Translations under genes and position numbers: made by a program | Notes under the pieces: generated by a model | The model's database searches: none | Seen by the model: only the letters and a program-made list of their open reading frames with translations | Told to the model about the DNA's origin: nothing | In this document: positions 12,390-23,600 of the stretch, piece after piece | How the letters are laid out: each line of letters opens with the position of its first letter | Position numbering within the stretch: position 1 is the first letter of the stretch | Source: Haliotis rubra | Lineage: Eukaryota | Length of the DNA stretch: 64,000 nucleotides | NCBI RefSeq assembly: GCF_003918875.1 | Contig: NW_025767213.1 | Span: 682,001-746,000, forward strand | Direction: 5' to 3'

Positions 12390-15300
12390 ATGGGTTTGGT
12401 ATTTTATTCAGTCGGCGTCCTCGTCATGTACGTAACATGTATATCTACTCAAGCGGTTCAGAAAGGTGCGTATCTATATTTCCTTCCACGTTCACTTCCC
12501 AATAATGATTAACATAGAACAACTGTAACAGCACATAGTTACTACTTAGGGAAACATCGGGACGGTTTGAAGTCTTTCCCAGTTCATTGCTAACAGACCC
12601 AATTTCAATTTGACAACAACTGCCTAACATTCTTGCTATAAAGATACAGTAAGTACCGCACATATTGTTCAATGTAAGCCTCACAGATACTGGCCTAGTT
12701 TAGATAATCTTGTTTGGATACTGGGCATATTTACAGTGTTACAAGGTTACCATCATGCCATTAGCAGTGCTCCCTCCCCGAAATTCCTTGGACGTCGTGG
12801 ACAGTGTACTGCTTTGAAAATCTGCCAAGACTCTCCAAATTTCCCTAACATGATCTTTTCTGTAACGATAGTAAGCTATACCTGTGTGTTGATCATCACA
12901 CTTCAACAAACTTAACTCTGTAATCTTTTTTATTTTACAGCAGAGGACTGTGCAGCAAGTAGTTGTGAGTACAGAACTAGTGTAGCACTTGATGCTATAC
13001 AACTGAAAGTTTAATGTAACTTCAATGGCTAACTTCTATTTCTAGAACCATGTGATCATACTAATCGCACTTTCACCAAGATATAAAACGATATCCAGCT
13101 TCAAACAGATGAAATAAGGTTGCAAAACGATGGTTTTACTTTCCTAAACTATTAGCTCACTCAGCTGAAGACCAAGTACCCGAGGATGAAGGATGTTTCG
13201 TTTGCACGTCTCTATTGAGTAACACTTTGTTGTACAGATATAAGCTATCAGAAACAGAGCATACAATCTAGGAATTTTTCTATATATTTTTTTTTTAAAG
13301 TACAAACTTGCTAAGACACAAAATTATATAATGCCAACATCATCACTCAAGCAGTTACCCTGCATGATTCAAACAGAATGACATTTAATGATTTGTTTAG
13401 ATAAATCTGGAAACTTAATGGATACCATCGGCAAATTATAAATATAAAATCTACTACCAAGAAATGTTACCGGTGGACTTTCTTGCTGTATAGAGCTCGA
13501 GAAGCAAATATATATATATTTAATTTACAACAACAGCTAAAGTCCGAAATGACTATTAGGAGGATCATACAGACGTTTTTGTGAACATGCCCTGTATTCT
13601 AGAATGCTCTAACATTTGTTGTACACAAACATTGCTAATGTGTGTCTATTTATAACATAATTATGGGAACATCGTTCCTTTATACCTAAAGCTGCATCGA
13701 TGATTGATCTCTATGTGCCATGACTAATGCGAGTATTTGTCCATTTACCCTGCAGCTTGTCCTGCACCGGGTGGAGGCTGTGTTGCCCTTGGTGACCCCT
13801 TCATCCTGAACACCTGCACAACCCTCACCTGCACGGTGGAGAACAACATCTATGGACTTCGCGGGACAATGAGTAAGTTTATCAAGTAGTTTATGCTTAC
13901 GCCTGAATATTTGAGTCCTGTCTGCTCCTCTGTTTTGTAGTTTTGTAATACGCAAATGTGTGTGCAATTCGTTTCTCTGTTTTAAATTACGTGTGACTGG
14001 AAGTGGTCCTGTTTGTTTCGCTGGGTTATAGACGTCTGACAGGAAGTGGCCCTGATTGTCTCTCTGGGTTATAGGACGCCTGACTGGAAGTGGTACTGAT
14101 TGTATCTCTGGGTTATAGTACGTCTGACTGGAAGTGGTTCTGCTTGTTTCTGTAGGTCATAGGACGCCTGACTGGAAGAGGTCCTGGCTGTCTCTCTGGG
14201 TTGTAGGAGGCCTGACTGGAAGTGGTCCTGACTGTCTCTCTGGGTTATAGGACACCTGACTGAAAGTGGTCCTGACTGACTCTCTGGGTTATAGGACACC
14301 TGACTGAAAGTGGTCCTGACTGTCTCTCTGGGTTATAGGAGGCCTGACTGGAAGTGGTCCTGACTGTCTCTCTGGGTTATAGGACGCCTGACTGAAAGTG
14401 GTCCTGACTGTCTCTCTGGGTTATAGGAGGCCTGACTGGAAGTGGTCCTGACTGTCTCTCTGGGTTATAGGACACCTGACTGAAAGAGGTCCTGGCTGTC
14501 TCTCTGGGTTATAGGAGGCCTGACTGGAAGTGGTCCTGACTGTCTCTCTGGGTTGTAGGAGGCCTGACTGGAAGTGGTCCTGACTGTCTCTCTGGGTTAT
14601 AGGACACCTGACTGAAAGAGGTCCTGACTGTCTCTCTGGGTTATAGGAGGCCTGACTGGAAGTGGTCCTGACTGTCTCTCTGGGTTATAGGACACCTGAC
14701 TGAAAGAGGTCCTGGCTGTCTCTCTGGGTTATAGGAGGCCTGACTGGGAGTGGTCCTGACTGTCTCTCTGGGTTATAGGAGGCCTGACTGGAAGAGGTCC
14801 TGGCTGTCTCTCTGGGTTATAGGAGGCCTGACTGGAAGTGGTCCTGACTGTCTCTCTGGGTTATAGGACACCTGACTGAAAGTGGTCCTGACTGACTCTC
14901 TGGGTTATAGGACACCTGACTGAAAGTGGTCCTGACTGTCTCTCTGGGTTATAGGACGCCTGACTGGAAGTGGTCCTGACTGTCTCTCTGGGTTATAGGA
15001 CACCTGACTGAAAGAGGTCCTGGCTGTCTCTCTGGGTTATAGGAGGCCTGACTGGAAGTGGTTCTATCTGTCTCTCTCTGTTGTAGGATGCGTGACAGGA
15101 GCTGGAGACTGTAAAGATGTTGGCGAAACATACGAATTCAATGCATGTACAACTCTGACCTGCACTTTAACAGACAACTACCTCAGGTTTACAGGTGACT
15201 ACAGTAAGTATCACATCACATTTTGCGTCGACTGAATGATGTAACTCCTGGATATCTGGATAACTCGTTTCGTACCATTGCAAATCTGTAACTTGATATT

Positions 15301-16942
15301 ATAAAAATAATATATCAAAGATTGTATTTTAATTGAATGTCGTCAAGGAGAACAGTGCCGTCTGTGTGTTTGATATCGCCTTGTTGATAATGCCTGGTTG
15401 TTACCAACCTGCATATATATGTTTAAAGGTTCTGTACGTGGTCGTTCCTAGATTCCAACCGAACATGCATGGTAATAACATTATCACAAATTTACAGAAT
15501 GTGCACACGGAGTCGACTGCTACGAGGGGGGCTCAAAGAAGAAGTTTGGGAATTGTCAGTATTCATGTTCTGTCAAAGACATGGTCGGCTTCGTCAAGGA
15601 GGACGCAGGTACGTTACCACTTACTTCTGTACGAACCGATACAAACACCGACAGCGTAAACAATGAATGACATATCGGCCATTTCAAAGTCTACCCTCAC
15701 TTTATAACACAGGAATCAGATATTTCAGCTGTATATACCCTTCCTGCAATCTACACTAAATGTATACAATCTAAACCAAGTATTTCCAGTGCAGATATTC
15801 CAGTTTATGCTGTTTACCAATAACTAACAAAAAAATCGTTCTCCGAAAAACCTTATGAACATGCTTAAATGTCCATAATTAGAAAGTGGGTCGAGCCATT
15901 CTTGGGGATCAAAACTTTTTATCATTTCCGCACGATGGAATCCTATAGAAATTTCCGAATGGATGTATGACAGAATGACTATGTATTCTGCCTGCAATGT
16001 GTTCGATATTAGGAACACAGTAATAATTAACGAATCTTGCCTATAATGTAAAGGCAGGGCCAACCACCGTATACGGGGCAGATACGTAAACTTGTATTGA
16101 AATTTAGTACAAATACTTCATTAAACCCACGCACAATATAGTGGCAGTTGGTCGATTTGGGTGAATTATGAGTTTTTGGTTTCAATATTTGTTCTATGCT
16201 CCAAAGATGGCATGGCCAATCACCCTACACCACACGGGTCAGACACGTATACTTGTATTGAAATTTAATACAAATACTTCATTAAACCCACGCAAAATAT
16301 AGTGGCAGTTGCTCGATGTTTGGTTGATAGTCGTATGGGTGAATTAAGAGTTTTTGGTGTTGTTCCATGCTCCAAGAATGATTTTGTATATTCTGTTTCG
16401 ATTCGAAAGCTGCTAGTATTTGAAGGTATCATTTACACATCATATCAGAAACCACATGATAATACATGTATCTTATATAAGTACATATTTAGAAATACAT
16501 GGTATTATCGGGAAGAAGATCACTATTTGTTTTGGTTATTAAAAACCCAAGTTGTCTCCGAATGGAGATGCAGCATCATCGCAGTTATTTTACGCACATT
16601 GCATATTTCAATGCATATTTAATTAGATGCTGTTACTTTTTCATGGCTGATTCAATCAAATAAAGTAATTGGCTCTAACGATGACGTCACTTTGAAGCTG
16701 CAAAACCGCAGTTGTCTTTCAGATAACCAACATGAACGAGAGTCCGTTACGATTTTCAAATATTTGATTTGCCCGTTTACAAGGATCGTTCAGAGTCTTC
16801 AAACTGATCCCAAATAATGAGATGACCATGTCTCTGTACTGACGTACATTCTCTCACTGCCTGTCAACTACATGTATGTGTATCTGACTTTTTGTCGATG
16901 TTTTTACTATTTTGTGCTGTTATCTTTTCAGATTGCGTATAA
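12390..16942 (+). CDS. Secreted cysteine-rich modular protein, paralog B (151 aa, 3 modules), multi-exon
   Basis: Coding exons 12390-12465, 12941-12964, 13756-13872, 15087-15203, 15498-15608, 16932-16942 (GT-AG, phase 1). Protein: MGLVFYSVGVLVMYVTCISTQAVQKAEDCAASSSCPAPGGGCVALGDPFILNTCTTLTCTVENNIYGLRGTMRCVTGAGDCKDVGETYEFNACTTLTCTLTDNYLRFTGDYKCAHGVDCYEGGSKKKFGNCQYSCSVKDMVGFVKEDADCV*. AATAAA at 16988. Confidence 0.88.
13992..15100. repeat. 44-bp minisatellite (CTGACTGGAAGTGGTCCTGACTGTCTCTCTGGGTTATAGGACGC) in an intron of paralog B
   Basis: About 25 copies. The last copy overlaps the real splice acceptor at 15086. Confidence 0.95.
16070..16375. repeat. Local direct duplication (about 160-bp period, 2 copies)
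   Basis: CAGATACGTAAACTTGTATTGAAATTTAGTACAAATACTTCATTAAACCCACGC... occurs at about 16079 and again at about 16240. Confidence 0.8.
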
Positions 16943-18534
16943 TCAACTTGAGACCAGTCTGCTTCAAGTTACATTATATTTGACTGAAATAAACGATCAC
17001 ATGTTTCTGTTAATCATTTTCTTGGGTGTTTTGTTTCTGTTAACCTGTTCTCTGTTCAGTAGTTCTCTTCGACCGAAGTACATACACGTTTGTATTCTCG
17101 CACCACACAACAAAACCCAGACATATTCTACGACTGCTTGCTACAAAACTGAGAGTTTCCCTTCACCATATTTTAATATCCCCAGCTAAATTCCTGTACA
17201 TAAACACGTCGTGGACGCCCATGGTTCTGTTCCCACTGACTATCATTCAAACCACAATCTTGGTCTGTAAACCAACGTTTAAACACGTGTTCATGTGGCA
17301 TGTTTGAAGGCACGTTATGAAATGATGTCGTGGAGGTGCCGCTATACAAACCAACGATAATCTCTGAGCGTTTGTCAGAAATATACTGACAGTATAACTG
17401 CCACATAGCTGTGTTCGAGAATGAGTGAAACGCCTGTTGCAACTGACAATGGACAACACTTATTTCATAACGACACAATCACATACCCGGTTCTTACATA
17501 TGCTTATGCGATTAAGTAAAGCACGAACACGAAAATATGGTTGGATTTAAAAGAGTATAAGGCTTTTCTGTGAAGCTCTACATCATGTGGTAACCTTCAA
17601 CAAGGCACATATATTTCAGTGAAGCACCAAGCTTGTTTTGGCTTTAAAGAGTGCAGATATATATCAGTAAATAATAGCACCACAACACGTCTTGAACTTC
17701 TAGAGTACTGACATATTTGAGTTACCAGACAGGTTTATATTTATATTGTACATGATAATTACATATTACTGATGGTTCACTTGACATTGTCACAGATGTA
17801 AACTGAGCAAGTATTGTAAATATTGTGTCATTGATTGTAAATATTGTGTCATTGATTGTAAATTCCCATGGAGGAACAGTAACTACATTTAACGTTGAAC
17901 ATAAACAATATCGATTGATAGTCAATTAAATATTATATTGCTTGAAATGACTATAACGGAATGGGCACAACGCCATGCTTTTATGAACACGTTAAGGCGA
18001 ATATTCTCAGGAGCTTCGGCAATGTTAAACCAGATGTATAACCATGTGTGTTTCTCATCATCACTAATCCTTCCATTGGACCTCATTGTTCTAGATTAGT
18101 TAAGTGTGTTCCATTTGTAAGGTGTATGTGTCTGGTCAATTTGCGTTTAAATTTCAAACTGCAATTTATCTCACTGAACATAAAAAGATTTAACAATAGA
18201 GCATTTGCACCATTAAATCTCCAAAATATTTTCTCCCAAAGAGGAAAGATGAATTGAACCGATATGTCTATATCATGAATTAAGCACACCATAGCTTCAA
18301 GCGTAGACATGTGGAAGAAATCAACCGACACGACCAACACATGCTATCATCCACACAGAAATCGTCTGTTCATCAATGTCTGTGTTCAAGGTACCAATAA
18401 ACTCACATACAGTCCAACACGCAATCAATTCGGTAGCATTACAGCTGTTACTCCTTGCGAAAGTTGATAAATTTTTATTGTGAATTTGTTTGGTTTCAAA
18501 TTTGAGACTCCTCCTACTTGTTGCTTGTTGTTCC

Positions 18535-18597
18535 TATATAAGCCCTCTCCTACCAGCGCTCGTCACCACTTGGTGTATAGGCTATTAGCTAACTCGC
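18535..18597 (+). promoter_or_regulatory. Additional TATA box plus short exon and donor (alternative promoter or relic of a fourth paralog)
   Basis: TATATAAG at 18535-18542 and donor CGC|GTAAGT at 18598. Spacing is nearly the same as in the paralog B and C promoters, and it shares CTAACTCG with the paralog C first exon. Confidence 0.45.
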
Positions 18598-19472
18598 GTA
18601 AGTATTCCATTTATGTTTCCATATGTACTTGTGTCTAAACTTCAATGACTTAACGATAGGCAGCAATCATTCATTGTATAATCATATTAATGTAAGAATC
18701 AGTCGTCACTTTTTATTCTCACTTTCTTACATATCTATGAGGACGAAAAAGAAATTATCTTGTGTACATCCTGTTTATGTATGAGCTGTGCCGTGTACAT
18801 CAATTTGGAAATGTTGGCTTTAAGAAGAGAGTTTCGTGGCTGTGGCAAGATGACTGGCGAAAGGGGTGAACTTACAGAAAACACAATACACGTGGCCAAA
18901 AATTGTACGAATTTCCTTAAAGTATTTCTTGTATAACAATTTTCACATGTACAGCTTGGCGTTTCACCAGTTATCTCTTTGAGTTTGGTTTGATGTGGGT
19001 TGCCGACAGGTACACTGACATTACCTATGTGGTGGCGCAAGGTTAAGGACTCGGTATCCCCTCTTACTACACTCTGAGCAGGTAGCCTAGAGGTAAAGAT
19101 ATCACCCTGTTAACGGGGACTCAATTAGGGTAGGCGTATCGAGCTGACACGGTACACCCCGGCCGACGTGCGATCATAAACCTCCCGCCATGTCTTTACA
19201 GCATAATGTCACAAATAGAATGTTTGAAAAGGGGTAGGTCCCAAACTGTATACTATATTGCAACACCACCACCATCACAATGTCGGGGTGTGCGTGATGA
19301 GCTGAAGGGAAATGAAAGTGTGGCACTGACAAGACGCGACAGTATTTAAATAACAAGAAGTCATTCATGGATGTGCGGGGTCCAGTGAGGTCCAATCTCT
19401 CAATGAGCTGATACTAAATACACGGCCAAGTTTGGCAACTACTGTAAAGATTTGCTTGTTCATGTGTAGATC

Positions 19473-19611
19473 GGGGCGTTGGGGTAACCTAATGGTTAAA
19501 GCGTTCGCTCGTCACTTTGAAGGCCCGAGTTCGATTCCCCATTTCTGGTGTTCCCCGCCGTGATATTGCTGGAATATTGCTACAAGCGGCGTAAAACCAT
19601 ACTCAGTCAGG
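19473..19611 (+). mobile_element. tRNA-derived SINE, family 1
   Basis: Homologous to 3456-3618 with an internal deletion. 12-bp TSD CATGTGTAGATC at 19461-19472 and 19612-19623. Confidence 0.88.
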
Positions 19612-19842
19612 CATGTGTAGATCATATGTAGGATGGCATGTCCAGATAATTTCTAAATTCTTCTACTTTACTCTAAGTTATGGATTTCTCGGATCATTAA
19701 GGACTCATTACAGCTGTGACATACCGTGACCATGACGCTTCATTAACATCTCACAAAGAGGGGATACACATTTCTGCCAAGCCAAAGTCTTTTAATTCCA
19801 ACATAAGATTTAATGATCACATCACCTGTTACCGAGTACATG

Positions 19843-19903
19843 TATATAAGGTCGGCCTTCTATGTGCCCAGCCACTGTCTAACTCGAACTAAGACGCGCA
19901 TCT
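19843..19903 (+). promoter_or_regulatory. TATA box and non-coding first exon of paralog C
   Basis: TATATAAG at 19843-19850, donor TCT|GTAAGT at 19904, acceptor CTACAG at 20643 before the ATG at 20653. Confidence 0.65.
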
Positions 19904-20652
19904 GTAAGTATGTGTCTTCTATTATACAAACTATGGTGTCTGTTTGACATGGATGAGTGTTTCAGGCAGGACGAGGTATTAAAAGTCCCGTTATGCCCCA
20001 CTTGATCTAAAATAATGTATTTATTGAGCAGTAGAACTCTTAGATAAAAATTAGAAAGTTGTCAGGTAGTTCAATATGCACAAAGTAATTTCACAACTCT
20101 CAAAGTCATTTCACCACACTGTAACAAGTATAGGTAGCTTTGCATTCAACTATGCCAAACAAAGGTTGTTTTAGATGTCGTCCGTTCTGAGTATCAATAC
20201 AATGTTTAAAACCATTTTTAAACTCTGATTTTTTTAGTTAGCTCCATCAATTTGATACTGACCTTGAATAAACTGATGAGCATACATATGTTTTTCTCGT
20301 GCTTTTGGTATGGAAATTTCGACAGTACCGTACAGGTCCTAGCAGTACGAGACATGATGTTCCCGTATACATGCTATCAGTTAGAGCCCCCTACAAGTTT
20401 GTTAAAAACCTAGATTTTTTAACTACTGGAGAAGGATACCCGACAACTTGAAATGATTTAGTTTAAATGTTAAGACCAATTGTTATCTGCTGTTTTAAAA
20501 TGGCAATTATCTAATGTGCCTTTAACATTCAGGTTCATGACTTATTACATGTTTCAGCAATGTTTGGTGTAGTTTGATCTCATGTTCAGTTTCTTGATGT
20601 GAGCAGTCAGGTATACATTTTTGACTTTGTGTTTATGCTACAGAAAGTCGTG

Positions 20653-23600
20653 ATGGCTCGATTCATCCTCGCATCGTGTGTTCTTGCCGTATGTCTGGCA
20701 TACACTCTCGCTGGCGGCGCTATGGGAGGTGAGATTTGATGACCTTTTAACACTACAGATCCCCCTATTTACCATTAATGGACGTAACATTCTTCGCCCG
20801 AGTCAACAGTTTTACCCCAGTCCTCCACACCCGTCATATCAGTGCAGACCCACAACAGCTTGACTTCATGTGTGAACAGGAATGAGCCACAGGTATTACT
20901 GTGGACGGAGGCCCCCGAGTCCATGCATGTCATAGGCAATGCTTTGTGTTGGTTTTGATTGTCGTAACATGCGATATACACCTCGGACGTTCGTGGGAGC
21001 CCTGTAGAGATCGCTACAATCCACCATAATGCCGTCACTATTTGGATGTACTTGAACCGGCTTTTACAATAGTAAAACCCTCCTACACTAGTTAAACTTG
21101 GACAGATCGGTGTGAGGTATGATCTTATATTCAGGAACCAGGACCCAATGATATCAGAATGAATTTATCCCTAGAGGGTGTGTTCTCTTGTCACATTGCC
21201 ATCTTCAGCACTACGCCTATCTACAGTTCTATCAAATCATGCATATTATGTCATTCTTCAATATCACATTTATTCTGTGATGTCGTATACTCGTCACACA
21301 CTCCCCGTCACATCAAGTATTAATCTTTTTGTGATATCATTCTCTGTCAGATTAGGTATGAGTCTACGAATCTGTGATGTCATTCCATGATAGATGAGGT
21401 ATTAGTATGCGAATCTGTGATGTCATTCCATGATAGATGAGGTATTAGTATACGAATCTGTGATATTATCTATCGTCAGCTGAGTGCTTAGTCTACCTAT
21501 CAGTGATATCATTTCACATCAGCTGAATCCCTTGTCTACTCATCAATAATATCATTTCACATGATGCATTAGTCTTCCAGTCACACGATGTGTTAGTCTT
21601 CCAGTCACACGATGCATTAGTCTTCCAGTCACACGATGCATTAGTCTTCCAGTCACACGATGCGTTAGTCTTCCAGTCTCACGATGTGTTAGTCTTCCAG
21701 TCACACGATGCATTAGTCTTCCAGTCACACGATGCGTTAGTCTTCCAGTCACACGATGCATTAGTCTTCCAGTCACATGATGCATTAGTCTTCCAGTCAC
21801 ACGATGTGTTAGTCTTCCAGTCACACGATGTGTTAGTCTTCCAGTCACACGATGTGTTAGTCTTCTAGTCAACTATATATGGGGCTATGGCGACTAGTAA
21901 ACAGTACAACATGTTGTTTTGTCCACAGGTGATACTGGTGGTGCTAGTGGTGGTGGCGATGATGACTGCGCAGCCAAACAGTGTGAGTACAACCTCCATC
22001 GCGATGACGGAAATGTTCGCGGAGATTATTCACAGAGATAAAGTTTACTAGAATAATATTACTTTATTTTGCCCCAAATCAGAGAAATGTCCAACAATAT
22101 CTGTATGTGTGCTTTACCAACGATGATTTTCCTTATCTGAGCCTCGTGAATAGGTCACTCAGTCACAATCAGAAATATATCATGACAAACCGCACTCTCG
22201 TCCAGGAGTATTTCCGATAGTTCTGTGGAATTTCGATTTGTACACAGGCGCCTGAGCTACCTTACAGCCCATGTTCTCCCTGTGGGGTTTCCGTGTCAGA
22301 TTACTTCCCGAGGACCTTCCCGAGTAGTGTACAGTACACAACCCTGTGCACTTAAAAGAACCCACGAATCCGTTGGTATATGACCAGATAGTGGCCACAT
22401 GAATACGTGCAAACACCTAGTTGCGGGTACAGCAACGTGCAGTGAACTTGGACAAAATACTGTGACTATGTGTCCCAGTCCACCCAGCTGTGAATGGGTA
22501 CCTTGTTAGGATGAGAAAGCCACGATAACTCGGTGCGCCTAGTGGCTGCAAGAGTTGTATACTCCCCAGGGAGTTGAGATTGATAATAAGATGTGCCATT
22601 GAGATTGACATCCAATGATCGAGGGAAAAAATACCAGCGCCTTGAGCAAGCACTAGTGCGTGGATGTGTGCGCTATATAAATATCCTATATTAATATTAA
22701 TATCAATACCTTCGCTTGTATCGAGAACCAACTTATATGGATCACACAGTTCGAGTTGAATGTATATAACCGTATCCACATTGCTGCAAACAATTGTCGA
22801 GCTACTGGTTGTTCGTACTATAATACAACTATCATACAATAATACAAACTCATTCAAAGTACAGCTCCAGCACAGTCCAGGCAGACCATGCTCAACTAAA
22901 AGTTAGATTTTGAATTGTAAGTTACAATTATAGTAATCGTGACATTGCCTTCATCTAGTTACGATCGTCGCAGCGGCATGTGAGAGACATATGGTTTATG
23001 TTTGCAGCCTGCCCCAAGCCTGGTGGTGGATGTGTTGATCTTGGGGGCACCTATCAGCTGAACGCCTGCACCCCCCTGACATGCACAGTTGAGGGTAACG
23101 TCTACGGCCTCCGTGGAGACATGAGTAAGTTTATCAGTCCTTGGTTTACTGACAGGTACTAACCCAGTATATACACCTGTTAGAAAACAGTATATTTTGT
23201 GTGTAACACGTCCTGCATTTTAAAATAACTAGTTATATGCTTGGGCGGTCGTCGTCTTGTACAAAACAACCTGGCTGGTTGGTTGGCCGGCTGGCCGGCT
23301 GGCCGGACGGCACGTACATCGTCACGTCATAATGTGTGACGTCAACTGTTTTGTCTCGCCACAATTTGCAAGTGTGAGACACATATCTTCACTTACTAGC
23401 TCTCTGTAACATGTGAAATAAATGACAAAATCGTAAAATGTTCGGCCTCGTAGTGTTCAAGCTACCCTAGCTCGGAAAACCACGAACACCACGCCAGTAA
23501 CACATATAGCGTATAATGTATTCGATCTTTTCATTCACATGTCAAAAATACCATGTAATCTTCGATAAAGATAGATCAATGTCAGTAGATAAAGTATTAT

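Noticed and set aside
4304-13755. A single long gene joining paralog A and B modules
   Set aside because: A has its own terminal exon and polyA signal (4718-4791), and B has its own promoter and signal exon.
13992-15086. Regular repeats resembling a CRISPR array
   Set aside because: Head-to-tail units with no unique spacers, eukaryotic context and no cas genes. The same applies to all other arrays in the window.
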